DNA of 64,000 nucleotides from an uncultured virus (IMG/VR IMGVR_UViG_3300032167_000030). Taxonomy: Duplodnaviria > Heunggongvirae > Uroviricota > Caudoviricetes. Under the pieces are notes generated by a model. That model was not told the origin of the DNA. It saw only the letters and a list, made by a program, of their open reading frames with translations, and searched no databases. The position numbers and the translations under genes were made by a program. Positions 31,825 through 41,904 of this stretch are shown here, one piece after another. The stretch lies in IMG/VR virus record IMGVR_UViG_3300032167_000030; one strand, given 5' to 3'. How positions within the stretch are numbered: the first letter of the stretch is position 1; the number at the start of each line of letters is the position of its first letter.

Positions 31825-32019
31825 GTGAAGAAGTATCGTGCGGTGTTGAAACTCAAAAGTGATGAACATCCTGTTTATTTTATCACTGTTGAAGCTAAGA
31901 ATGATGACGAAGCTATTTATAATGCTAAAAAATTTTTAGCTGAAAATGGCTATTGGTCTAGTCTCACACATATTGAAAAAAGAATGGAACAAATCGAATT
32001 TTTGTACTTTGATAGATGA
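31825..32019 (+). CDS. Hypothetical early protein
   Basis: RBS AAGGAG; early-type promoter at 31762. Confidence 0.6.
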   Translation: MKKYRAVLKLKSDEHPVYFITVEAKNDDEAIYNAKKFLAENGYWSSLTHIEKRMEQIEFLYFDR

Positions 32020-32040
32020 TTTAAAAGGAGATTACTTATA

Positions 32041-32568
32041 ATGAAACATTATGAAGTTTGGTTTTGTGGTTGTGGTCGTATTCATATCATGCCTCATAGT
32101 GAATTTGATTGGATGAAAGAAGACTATAAAAATCGTTCAATTATTAGAATTTGTGGCAACTGTGGAGCAGCATTTAAGACATTTTTAACTGAATCCTTTG
32201 AAGAAGGATTTGATGTTAACAGTGTCGATCTTAGAGATGATAAAGTTAATGAAGTTAAAAATTCTAAACTTTATTACTCTAAGGGTATTAAGGTTTATAT
32301 GAAGTCTGGTAAAGAAGCTGATACTAAGCAGAATGGCTATTTTGCAAATTGTGAAGAATGGGAATATGAAAATGGAAATAGTTATCAACCCATTCAATAT
32401 GCTGAAGAAGAAAGAAAAGATTGGGCGACTGTTGATACTAAAAGACTTATTGATGATGTAAAAAGACACTATAAAGAAGATGCTGACGATATCCTTAATA
32501 GTATTAGTGGTTATTCTGTAAAGATTCATTGGAAAGATACAGCATATGAGAGAGAATGGAATAAATAA
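32041..32568 (+). CDS. Hypothetical Zn-ribbon protein
   Basis: CGCG and CGNC motifs; RBS. Confidence 0.65.
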   Translation: MKHYEVWFCGCGRIHIMPHSEFDWMKEDYKNRSIIRICGNCGAAFKTFLTESFEEGFDVNSVDLRDDKVNEVKNSKLYYSKGIKVYMKSGKEADTKQNGYFANCEEWEYENGNSYQPIQYAEEERKDWATVDTKRLIDDVKRHYKEDADDILNSISGYSVKIHWKDTAYEREWNK

Positions 32569-32583
32569 AAGGAGAATACAATT

Positions 32584-32808
32584 ATGAGTTTAACACTAAA
32601 AGATCTTGGTTTAGCAAAAAGAATATATGAGAAAGTTTCTTCACCTAAAGGTTTGAAAGGAATTATCTCCAAAGTAGACAATAATGATAAAGTTTCAATG
32701 AATAAATGTAAATTGATTCTTAATAAAGATGTAAAAGGTGATTATTTCATCACTATTAAAACTGATAATCAAACATACCATATTACCTTGGATGAGAAAC
32801 TAATCTAA
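32584..32808 (+). CDS. Hypothetical protein
   Basis: RBS AAGGAG; terminator follows. Confidence 0.6.
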   Translation: MSLTLKDLGLAKRIYEKVSSPKGLKGIISKVDNNDKVSMNKCKLILNKDVKGDYFITIKTDNQTYHITLDEKLI

Positions 32809-32903
32809 ATAAAAAAAAAATAGTATCTTTCTTTAATTGAAAGATACTATTTTTTTTTTTTTTTTTTTTGTAAACATAAGTCTACTGGAACATAGAAAAA
32901 GTA

Positions 32904-34964
32904 TTATTCTTCTTCAGAATCACCCTCTAATGTTTCAGAAAGCATAACTTCTTCTAATTCATTTAATTGTTCGTTAACTGATTCTAATTCTTCTTCAATT
33001 TCAGGTACAGATTTTTTATTAATCAGACCTAGAGTTAACATCTGAGTCTTTACTATACGAGAAGTAATAGACTTATTACCAGTTAGGTTAATTTTGTCAA
33101 TATCAAATACATTTCTAGTTAGAAGTGCAGTATTGAAGTTCTTTCTTTCCTCTGGATTAGTAGAAGTTTGTGCTAGATATCTCATTACAAGTGGCATATT
33201 TTGGGTCAACAAAAGAGATGTAAATTCCATTTCTCCACATCTTACTGGAGTCTTTGAGAATAGTGTAGTATGATACTTAAAACTACTACTTTTACTAGGA
33301 ATATTATTAAGACTTAGATCACCGCTTGAACGTGCTGACAACTTTGTACTTGGATCATGCTTTAACCGTAAATAGTAAAGATTACCTATAACAAGTGGTT
33401 TTTCAATTTCTTTTCCGCCAATAGTACACTTATAAGGTTCCCAACCAAATTCTTCATATAACTTATTCATGTTTTCAATAGTAATGTTATCGAAGAAAGG
33501 AGGTTGATGGATATATAATCCGTGTTCATAACTGTCATTAATGAATTCTTCTTTATCACCTAAAGTTTTTACAGATTTCTTAATAAATTCATACTGACTA
33601 GAGTTTACAATCTTATAAAACTTCATAATGTGATCAAATTTTTCTTTTACAGACTCCATAGACTTAGTCTGTCTTACAACCTGATCGCCCATAAAGTTTA
33701 GTTCCTGTTCATATAACTGAGCAATGTTTTCTCTGCCGATGACTCCGAAAGGATTGAGTATGATATCTGCTACTTCTCCATATTCATTCATAGGCATTTC
33801 AGAGTCAGGAAGAATCTTAGAAATGACACCCTTGGATCCATATCTGCCGGTTATCTTAGAGCCAGTGACCAAAGGCTTCTTATTATAGGTTTTAATTCTA
33901 ACAATCATGTTATCAAAAGCATTTCCATCAAATGTAAATTGAGTGTTCTCGCTAATCATATCAATACTACGTTTATAGAAATACTTTACATCACTAGAAC
34001 AAGTATAGCTAGAATCATCCATATAAGGAGCAATAGTAGTTACTACATCATAGTAGTAATTATAGTTCATCTTATAATACTTCATTAACTGGTTGTAATA
34101 AGGATAATCCTTTAATACTTCAGGATCTCCATTACAATACACATCAATGTCATAAACAACACTATCTTTATTTACAAAGAAAATAGAATCAATATCTTGA
34201 TTGATTTTCTTAATATTCTTAGAATTCATCTCAAATAGCATTGATTCATAATCAATTCGTCTTCTACTACATAGAATAGTAGAATTACACATTTCACCAA
34301 CATCAGGAAATGCTTTATAGAACTTGTTATTACCTAGTAGATTTAATAGAATATCGTTATTGTTAAGTGAGATATCAATTTCATCTACTGCATAAGAACC
34401 TAGTTTTTCTGCAGCTGATTCAGAACAAATAATACCATCTTCATATGTGAGATTGTATGCTGCTAAGAATACTGCTTTTAAGTTCTTACCATAACAGAAA
34501 TTCATGTTTTCATCATAAGTTGTACTATGATAAAGAATTTCATCTTTTTCAATATAATCACCAGTATCTTTTTCTAATACTAGATTCTTATAAGTATAAC
34601 CATAACGTTCTGTAATTCGTTCTGCAGGTTTTACATGAAAGAGTTCTAGATTGTTTTCCTTATCCTTAAGAAGATACGTATAATTCATATCATTCTTTTT
34701 AAATTTTTTGATAATCTCCCATTTTCTACTAGCTTTCTTATAACTAGTACTGTACTTACCAATTTGATTTTCAAAGTTAGTAAATACATTTGGAAAGTCA
34801 GGATTAGATAAAACTAATGCCTGTGGTAGATGATTATCAAACATGTTAATTCGTACAGTATCACAGTTGTTTAGATTTGGAATCAATAATTCTTCTGCTA
34901 AGAACTTATGTGAATTTTCTAAATTTACACATGATTCTTGGACTTTTTGAATATCTAAAGGCAT
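32904..34964 (-). CDS. Phage RNA polymerase beta subunit, C-terminal half (probably non-virion RNAP)
   Basis: YEDGI, GSKITGRYGSKGVISKILPDSEMP, ADIILNPFGV..REN, GNLYYLRLKH, RCGEME match conserved RpoB motifs. Confidence 0.92.
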   Translation of the reverse strand: MPLDIQKVQESCVNLENSHKFLAEELLIPNLNNCDTVRINMFDNHLPQALVLSNPDFPNVFTNFENQIGKYSTSYKKASRKWEIIKKFKKNDMNYTYLLKDKENNLELFHVKPAERITERYGYTYKNLVLEKDTGDYIEKDEILYHSTTYDENMNFCYGKNLKAVFLAAYNLTYEDGIICSESAAEKLGSYAVDEIDISLNNNDILLNLLGNNKFYKAFPDVGEMCNSTILCSRRRIDYESMLFEMNSKNIKKINQDIDSIFFVNKDSVVYDIDVYCNGDPEVLKDYPYYNQLMKYYKMNYNYYYDVVTTIAPYMDDSSYTCSSDVKYFYKRSIDMISENTQFTFDGNAFDNMIVRIKTYNKKPLVTGSKITGRYGSKGVISKILPDSEMPMNEYGEVADIILNPFGVIGRENIAQLYEQELNFMGDQVVRQTKSMESVKEKFDHIMKFYKIVNSSQYEFIKKSVKTLGDKEEFINDSYEHGLYIHQPPFFDNITIENMNKLYEEFGWEPYKCTIGGKEIEKPLVIGNLYYLRLKHDPSTKLSARSSGDLSLNNIPSKSSSFKYHTTLFSKTPVRCGEMEFTSLLLTQNMPLVMRYLAQTSTNPEERKNFNTALLTRNVFDIDKINLTGNKSITSRIVKTQMLTLGLINKKSVPEIEEELESVNEQLNELEEVMLSETLEGDSEEE

Positions 34965-35101
34965 AATTAAGTTTTCCTTTCTTTATGTTTTCATCATTAT
35001 ATATAAAAGTAAACTAAATTATCTTTTGTATTAATCATTAAACATATTATACTGGACTGCTAAAGTACAAAAAATCAATAAACCAATTACCAAAAGTGCT
35101 T

Positions 35102-35434
35102 TCATTTAATAATATCATCTCTTTCTTTTTTAACTTCTTTCAACCAATATAGAAAATCCATCCATGTTTCTTCATCACAAGAATGTCCATAATTGTTACA
35201 ACTCTGAATATCTTGAATCATAACAGTAATATCGTTATCAGTAATGAAATCTTTTAAATTTCTTTTAATAAATGATGTTACTAGTTTTGGCATATAAGTC
35301 ATTCTACCAAGGCAATATCTAACAGCACAGATTAGAATAGCACTAAAATCATCTAGATTATCAATATATCCTTCATTTTTTAAAACTAAAGTTTTCTTTT
35401 CAATTACTTTATCTTTCTTTACCATTCTAGCCAT
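35102..35434 (-). CDS. Hypothetical protein
   Basis: ICAVRYCLGRMTYMP motif seen in phage hypothetical proteins; RBS. Confidence 0.65.
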   Translation of the reverse strand: MARMVKKDKVIEKKTLVLKNEGYIDNLDDFSAILICAVRYCLGRMTYMPKLVTSFIKRNLKDFITDNDITVMIQDIQSCNNYGHSCDEETWMDFLYWLKEVKKERDDIIK

Positions 35435-35455
35435 TTATAATTCAACTCCTATATT

Positions 35456-35908
35456 TTAGTAAATGGAAGTTTTATATTTAGTAAGACTTTGAATTCTTTC
35501 TAATGCTTCTTCTGGAGTATGACCATCCCATTCAGGTGCTCTTGCGATTTCTCTAACATTAAATAAATCCCAATAAGGATCAACATCATAATGATAAGTA
35601 GCTTGACCTTCTGGAGTTTCAATTCCTACGATAAACATTCCATCATACATAGGATTACTTTCAGGATCATCATGTTGCATTGACTTCCAAGCATATTGAT
35701 AATAAGTTTCACAAATAGTCTTAAAAAGCATAGCTCTATGATGGTAAAGTTCATTAAAAGTATGATAACCATCTGAAGTATTACCATCAATAGTAGTTGT
35801 AGGCAGATTATTAAGTCTTTCTTTAAGTCCCCAATTATGAGGAGTCCAAACTTCATCGATACAAGTAATCACATCAGTTTTAACTAATAGTTCTTTCTTG
35901 TCACTCAT
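35456..35908 (-). CDS. WDGH-motif phage protein
   Basis: SDGYHTFNELY..R, WKS..H, GQATYH, WDGHT. Confidence 0.75.
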   Translation of the reverse strand: MSDKKELLVKTDVITCIDEVWTPHNWGLKERLNNLPTTTIDGNTSDGYHTFNELYHHRAMLFKTICETYYQYAWKSMQHDDPESNPMYDGMFIVGIETPEGQATYHYDVDPYWDLFNVREIARAPEWDGHTPEEALERIQSLTKYKTSIY

Positions 35909-36320
35909 CTGTATTACTCCTTTTCTTTATACTTCTTCTAGTAGCTATAGATTTACTTACTTTACTACTAGCTTTTTCTTGTTCTTCTTTTTTAAATCTA
36001 AATACTTCTTCCTTATTTTCAGATATGAATTTACTTAACTGTCTTTTAGTATAACACTTTGATCTAGAATACCTTAATTCTGGCATTATACTACAAAGAT
36101 ACTCAGCAAATTCTAATTGTTTTTCAGTTGGTTTTAGTAAATCTGGTATATACAATTTTTCTATACCATAATTAGAAATACTCATGTTCATGAAAATCTT
36201 AATACCACAATTAGGACAATCATACTCATTTATAGAAGATGTAGCTTCACTAGTATCTGAAATGTAGAAGTTTTCTACATTTACTAGTTTCATATGCTTT
36301 TTACATTCTATACATTTCAT
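35901..36320 (-). CDS. Zn-ribbon hypothetical protein (paralog of 36894-37259)
   Basis: CIEC..CPNC, PTEKQ, KFIS. Confidence 0.65.
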   Translation of the reverse strand: MKCIECKKHMKLVNVENFYISDTSEATSSINEYDCPNCGIKIFMNMSISNYGIEKLYIPDLLKPTEKQLEFAEYLCSIMPELRYSRSKCYTKRQLSKFISENKEEVFRFKKEEQEKASSKVSKSIATRRSIKKRSNTDE

Positions 36321-36327
36321 AATACTT

Positions 36328-36540
36328 TTAAAGTTCTATATATCCAATTTTTAATGGACAATTTTCATCTAAAGAATTTTTATCAACTTTATAATCTTCA
36401 TGTTTTAATTGCCAAATCAATTCACAACAACAATGTGGATTACGAGAAAATAGTCCATTTTCATAGTGTCCTATATGTTCACATTCATTACAATTTTTTG
36501 GAATTTCAATACCTTCAAATATAATTTTTGGCATAGTCAA
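36328..36540 (-). CDS. Small Cys-rich hypothetical protein
   Basis: IPKNCNEC...CPL. Confidence 0.6.
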   Translation of the reverse strand: MTMPKIIFEGIEIPKNCNECEHIGHYENGLFSRNPHCCCELIWQLKHEDYKVDKNSLDENCPLKIGYIEL

Positions 36541-36562
36541 TTATCCTCATAAATTCTCTCTA

Positions 36563-36916
36563 TTAAATTCTTACAATACCATTATTTTCTAATACATTAG
36601 AACCATTGCCTATAAAACTATCAAACATTTCAAATTCATATTCTCTGAAAATCTTATTAGTTATATCTTCTTTGTTCTCTTCCCAATTTTCCTTTAAAAC
36701 TAGGAAATATGCCAATTCAGGATTATATCTGGATCTCAAATTTAGAGAATGTAATAGAATATTTGTCATGTCTTCTTGTTTTATATCAAGTTTATAAACT
36801 ATAGGTTCTCTTCCTTGATATTTGTCATATTCTCTACAAAGAATTACTACATAGTCTTTAAGGTTATTACTCATAATTCTGGTATATCTCCCATTAGTAG
36901 TATTCAAATTCACCAT
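36563..36916 (-). CDS. Hypothetical protein
   Basis: ORF in operon; start codon uncertain. Confidence 0.55.
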   Translation of the reverse strand: MVNLNTTNGRYTRIMSNNLKDYVVILCREYDKYQGREPIVYKLDIKQEDMTNILLHSLNLRSRYNPELAYFLVLKENWEENKEDITNKIFREYEFEMFDSFIGNGSNVLENNGIVRI

Positions 36917-37259
36917 ACATTTCTCTGTGCCATTCAAAATACTCTTCTCTGTCATATTTAGCTTGTAGTTTAGCTTCTTCAAAATGTTTAGAAATAAACT
37001 TCCAACACTGTCTTTTTAAAAGTGGTGTAAGATTAGTACCTAATTTTGAATTTATAAAGAGAACAGTTCTAATTTGCTTTTCAGTAGGTCTTTCAAATTT
37101 CTTAGGAATTTTCCATTTTCCATTAACAAAAGTAATTCTACAATCTTTACAATAATGTTCTTCATGTAATGTAGCAGGATAATCCATATCCCAATCACTA
37201 ATACCATAATACCAATATGACTTATCTTTCATTTCTTTTTCACAATTTGGACAAATCAT
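36894..37259 (-). CDS. Zn-ribbon hypothetical protein
   Basis: CPNC..CKDC, PTEKQ, KFIS; RBS AAAGGAG. Confidence 0.65.
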   Translation of the reverse strand: MICPNCEKEMKDKSYWYYGISDWDMDYPATLHEEHYCKDCRITFVNGKWKIPKKFERPTEKQIRTVLFINSKLGTNLTPLLKRQCWKFISKHFEEAKLQAKYDREEYFEWHREMYGEFEYY

Positions 37260-37360
37260 CTTGAATCTAAACTCCTTTCTATAGTTTTTATTTACTATAG
37301 AAAGAATATATAGATGAAAAGGAGATAGAGATTTAACATTCTCTATCTCCTTTGTTTTAT

Positions 37361-40153
37361 TTATTCTTCTTCATATTCTACTTCTACATATTCACCATTC
37401 TCGATGATATAGTACTTACCATCTGTACCTTGGTAAACACCATTTTCTTCATCTACTAGTTCATAAGTAGTTGCTTTAGTAGTTTTAGTTGTCTTACTAG
37501 ATTTCTTACCTGCAGACTTAACATCATCTTCAATTAGTTCATCTAGCTTATTCATATCAATAGACTGACTAGGTGCAACACCAGCTTCAGGTAGGAACTT
37601 AGAATATTCTTCATGAACTGCTGCATCAAAAGCTTTTCTAAGTTCTGCAGATTCATAGTACTTATTCTGGAATTCCTTAATAGAGAACTTAACATCAGGA
37701 CAAGTATCTAGTTTAAAGCTACGACCTGCACCAGTGATACGACCTAGATCCTTAAGATTAGCAAAGTTTGTTAGTAGGTTATTAACACCCTTCTTCTGTT
37801 CAAATACCATCTTAAAGGATACACCAGCTTCAGTAGAACGAGACTTAACTAGAATACCAGATAGATAGAAACCCTTAATACCAAATTCCTTATCAGTTTC
37901 TAGCTTAGAGCCTGTTTCTAGTTTAGTTAGTGTATTAGTTAGGTAAGAAACTGCTTTACCCAATTTTTTACATTTCTTCATTGTAGTTTATTAAGCTACA
38001 AATTTCTCTATGTTTCCATAGAAGTTGAGACTATATCTTCAAAGATTCCATTTCCTTTTCATTTGAAAAGTAAAATTAGTCGTTGAACTAGTATAAAATA
38101 CTAGATGCTGATTGTTTTATAAATTTTCCAGCATTTAAGAATATACATCAGGCAGTAAATAGTTTACCTGGAATTGACTCATCCTGCTTAAGATAGTTTA
38201 TCTGAGCCTTGGTTCGAGCCATCGGATTAATCAATTGTATTATTAGTACGTTCATTAATCGTACTTAAGTCTTCTATTTTCATAGAAGTTCAGACTATAT
38301 CTTCTAAGTCTTATACTAACTATAGATTTCTATAGTATATAGTCGTTGAACCCTTAATATAAGGGATGCTGATTTATCTTATCGATTTTTCCAGCAATTC
38401 TTAAGATTTTACATTGACAAAAATCTATCAATTTTCTGTGTAATATGATTAACTAGCATTAGAATAATGTTAGCATTCTGCATAGGAGACATAATACGCT
38501 TAAAAACGTTAGTATTTGCCTTTGCAATTGCTGTTGCCAGCTTTTATTTGAAGAATTGTTAGTTCTTCTTCTAAGTATTACTACTTAGATTAGACTATAT
38601 CTTTACTGTTTCCAGTACTCAATATTCACATTGCACTTGCAATGACATAGTCGTTGAACTTATAAACAATTAGAGAAATCTTTTTCTCTACATGTACAAA
38701 ATCCAGTTTCATGTACATCACACATATTGTATCTTGTATCTACACTAATTCCATTTCGTTTAGGTATTTCACAAAGACAGAATTTATATTCCATACTTAC
38801 AGGTAAAATTTCTTTAAATTGATACATAAGATCCAAAAACTTATATTGGTCTTTCTTTTTTGAAAGGATAATATCTTTAATCTTTTTAGTACCATTATAG
38901 TAATCATACTTATAAGTAAAATTTAAACCAAATTTTTCATTGATTTGAGGTGTTAAGTTCATAATATCCTCGTCAGCATAGCTCTTTAAAGCAATTCCTA
39001 TTTCAGTTCTAACATAACCAGAAATTTTAGAACTCTTATTTTTACAATTTCTAGCTGTAGTATAACCATCATCTAAAAACCAAAAGAAAAGAGTAGTTGG
39101 AGTAATATACTCAATTGATGGAAGTTTTCTACTTCTATCATTATTTCTAGTTAATTCATAATAAGTTTCAATTAACTCACTATATTTTGAATAAGAAATT
39201 CTAAAACGACAGATATTAGTCATACTTAATCCTTTTAATTCTGAAAACTCTATGTTATTTTCAGATAAAATATTTTTCTTTAAATCAACATAATCTTTAT
39301 TCTCTATCTTATGTCCAAATGAAATTCTATCAAATGTATCTGTTCTAGCTCTAAATTCAAAACTAGAATCACCTAAACAACATCCAACCATAAAACTTTG
39401 AAAATCTATTTTCATTTTTACAACTCCTAACATATAGAATTTAATTATATGTTAGATTTTGGGTGCGAAAATTAGTGCAATAATTTTTTCAACTGTTTAT
39501 AAGCTGCTGATTTTCTAAATTAGTTTTTCCAGCAATTAAGTGAGTTTTAAATGAGCACATTATGCAATTGCAAGTTTACCCATTGATCCCTTTAGTTCAT
39601 CATCATCCTCGACATCTTCAGGAGCTAACATAGCGACGGAGTCTACAATCATAATTGTAGGAGGTAAGATGTAAACAGGTTTACCACTGCCATCTTTTCT
39701 ACCAGTATCAATCTGAATAGCTTCTTTATTTTCCATCTTAATCTTTTCAATTTCTTTACAAGCTCTAAATAGAGTTTCTACAGAAATATTCTCTTGGAAA
39801 ATTTGATACTTTTCATCATAATGATCAGAAGACCAACCAGTTAGAGCCATAACACGTTCCTTACTAGTAGATCTTTCATAATCATAATGCCATACGTCTG
39901 CTTCTTCAAACTGATCGGCGATATAACATGCCTGCTGAATAATCTTAGAAGTCTTACCAGTACCAGACTGACCAATATCCATCATGATTCTACCGCCTTG
40001 GATACCTAAGTCCATAGTACCATCTGCTTTTCTTACACCATTAATATAGTCAAAAATATCAATACCCGTACGATAAAAAGGAATATATTCTACTTTTTTA
40101 CCTAACTTACCATTATCAATAGCCTTGTTAAACTGTGCTTTTAATAAACCCAT
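37361..40153 (-). CDS. recA: RecA/UvsX-family recombinase, 4 exons: 40153-39578, 38537-38427, 38231-38166, 37960-37361 (450 aa spliced)
   Basis: Walker A GQSGTGKT, DYE, Walker B MIVDSV. Spliced junctions read GSMG|ATAIAKAN..LVNHITQKID|INPMA..ESIPG|GKAVSYL, matching RecA (NQ and PGG.A..Y motifs). Confidence 0.9.
37961..38165 (-). ncRNA. Group I intron (recA intron 3), 205 nt, no ORF
   Basis: P1 CAGGU/GCCUG with U.G; AAAUGCUGGAAA (P), AAUCAGCA (Q), UUCAACGACU (R), AAGAUAUAGUC (S); terminal G. Confidence 0.9.
38232..38426 (-). ncRNA. Group I intron (recA intron 2), 195 nt, no ORF
   Basis: P1 AUUGAU/GUCAAU; AAUUGCUGGAAA, AAUCAGCA, UUCAACGACU, AAGAUAUAGUC; terminal G. Confidence 0.9.
38538..39577 (-). 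mobile_element. Group I intron (recA intron 1), 1040 nt, with homing endonuclease in the P6 loop
   Basis: P1 AAUGGGU/GCUCAUU; P, Q, R and S core elements; ORF lies between Q and R; terminal G. Confidence 0.9.
38660..39415 (-). CDS. Intron-encoded LAGLIDADG homing endonuclease (double-motif type)
   Basis: MVGCCLGDSS and LFFWFLDDG motifs; ATG 39415 after AGGAG. Confidence 0.85.
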   Translation of the reverse strand: MKIDFQSFMVGCCLGDSSFEFRARTDTFDRISFGHKIENKDYVDLKKNILSENNIEFSELKGLSMTNICRFRISYSKYSELIETYYELTRNNDRSRKLPSIEYITPTTLFFWFLDDGYTTARNCKNKSSKISGYVRTEIGIALKSYADEDIMNLTPQINEKFGLNFTYKYDYYNGTKKIKDIILSKKKDQYKFLDLMYQFKEILPVSMEYKFCLCEIPKRNGISVDTRYNMCDVHETGFCTCREKDFSNCL

Positions 40154-40329
40154 AATTCTTATTTTCCTTCCTTTATAAAAATTAATCAAGTTTAATGATT
40201 AGTAATTTATAGTTTTCTATTGTTTTTTATGAAAAAATTCGTATTTTTACACTTTATATACATATATTTTAACTATAGTGAACATAGATTGAGTTTACTA
40301 GTATTTTATTACTACAAAGGAGAATTAAA

Positions 40330-40527
40330 ATGAGTATTGGTAACGCTGTTTCTTATAATCCTAGATGGGAAAATGATCATAACAAATATCTTAATAGAAA
40401 ATTAAAGATTCTTAAGGATGACTTTTATATCAATCCTACTGAGAAAGAATTAGAAGTTCTTAAATCTTTTAAAACTCAAGAATCTATTGATAACGCTATC
40501 TTTAGACTTATTGATTCTCGTTATTAA
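40330..40527 (+). CDS. Hypothetical protein
   Basis: RBS AAGGAG; early-type promoter at ~40262. Confidence 0.6.
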   Translation: MSIGNAVSYNPRWENDHNKYLNRKLKILKDDFYINPTEKELEVLKSFKTQESIDNAIFRLIDSRY

Positions 40528-40563
40528 TAAGACATTTCTAAGAAAAGAGTTGATTCTTAATCA

Positions 40564-41142
40564 ATGATTTTATGGACAATACAAACACTAGAAGTTTATG
40601 ATTTAATTCAAAAACAAGGTTATTATTTCTGTGATCCGAATCATGAATCAAGTTGTATTAAAACTATGCAATTTGAAAAACAATATGATTGGTTAGTTGA
40701 AAAAATGAAAGAAAAAATCGGTCAACCTCCTTTAAATATACAATATCCAGTATGGGCATGGTATACATACAACTGGAAACATAAAAAACCTGATTTAAGA
40801 TGTATTGGATTAGGTAATAAAGGTTCTCAATGTGTTTGTATGGAAATTGAAATTCCTGATGAAGATATTGTATTATCAGATCATAATTCATGGCATTATA
40901 TACTTAATAATTGGCATCATAATTATTCTAAAAATGAAGAAGAATGGGATGTGATTAATAATTGGTTAGATTCTTTACCTAACGACGAAAGACAAAAACA
41001 AATTGAGCTTAGTTGGAATAATATTTTCAATATTGATCCAATTGATAATGGATGGATTATACAAGGAAAATACATTCAGGCTACATTTTGGAAGTTATCT
41101 AAAACACAAATTAGAAAAATTCAATTCTTTAAAGCTAGATAA
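40564..41142 (+). CDS. DUF3841-like protein
   Basis: LWTIQ, YDWL..KM, YPVWAW, PDLR, LSD...WH.ILN, IQATFW. Confidence 0.75.
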   Translation: MILWTIQTLEVYDLIQKQGYYFCDPNHESSCIKTMQFEKQYDWLVEKMKEKIGQPPLNIQYPVWAWYTYNWKHKKPDLRCIGLGNKGSQCVCMEIEIPDEDIVLSDHNSWHYILNNWHHNYSKNEEEWDVINNWLDSLPNDERQKQIELSWNNIFNIDPIDNGWIIQGKYIQATFWKLSKTQIRKIQFFKAR

Positions 41143-41157
41143 GAGGGGTAATATTCT

Positions 41158-41457
41158 ATGATGACAAAAACTCAATATGCAAAAAGTATTGTAGAAGAAT
41201 TTTATATTAAGAATTGTCATAGACCAGAATTTTCTAATTATACTTACTATACTGAAGTTAAAGATTGGGGAAAATTTATTAATGAAAGTAGTAAGTTAGC
41301 AGTTGCTCTAGAGTTCCTTGATTTACTAACTGACGAAGAAAAGAAATATACTGAAACTAGAGGTGGACTTGAAAGAATGTTTACTGAAGTAAATAGCAAT
41401 GGTGTAGAATGCGCTATTCTTTCAACTAGAGAACTTCTTTCTTTACTTCCTGATTAA
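41158..41457 (+). CDS. Hypothetical protein
   Basis: RBS GAGGGG; terminator follows. Confidence 0.6.
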   Translation: MMTKTQYAKSIVEEFYIKNCHRPEFSNYTYYTEVKDWGKFINESSKLAVALEFLDLLTDEEKKYTETRGGLERMFTEVNSNGVECAILSTRELLSLLPD

Positions 41458-41661
41458 TCTTAAACTAAAGAGAATTACTTTAAAAGTAATTCTCTTTTTT
41501 TATAAAAATTTTTAATTAAAACTATTAAATACTAATAATATAGGGGATTAAAATAATTATATATAAAAACTAAGCATATAATAAAATATGTATAATAAAA
41601 TTTTATAGTTATATATTATAATAGTATATACTATAAAACTTTTAAAGGAGAATACTATTTT

Positions 41662-41891
41662 ATGGGAAAAAAGAAGATGATGATCTTAGCTTTTATTCAA
41701 TTTATGATTGTTGTAAAATAACAAAAAAAGAAGTTAGTGTAATGACTAATAGAGAATTAAACATGTTACTTGAAGAATCTAAAAGATATAGACCTAGTAT
41801 GAATAGAAACTATGCAATTAACTTGATTGAAGAAGAAATTGAAAAAAGAAAACAAGTTGCAGAACAAATGAAAAGATTGAATGAAAGATAA
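41662..41891 (+). CDS. Small hypothetical protein requiring a -1 shift at A AAA AAG (41667-41673)
   Basis: Promoter, AAGGAG and ATG; the 0 frame stops after 19 codons; the -1 frame is open to TAA at 41891, which abuts the next RBS. Confidence 0.55.
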
Positions 41892-41904
41892 GGAGAATCC
41901 CATT

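Noticed and set aside
32810..32870. Long A and T homopolymers as a special element
   Set aside because: They flank a bidirectional terminator hairpin, and their length may be a sequencing artefact
37961..37981. ORF-track start MKKCKKL for the 206-aa ORF
   Set aside because: These codons lie in intron 3; the exon begins at 37960
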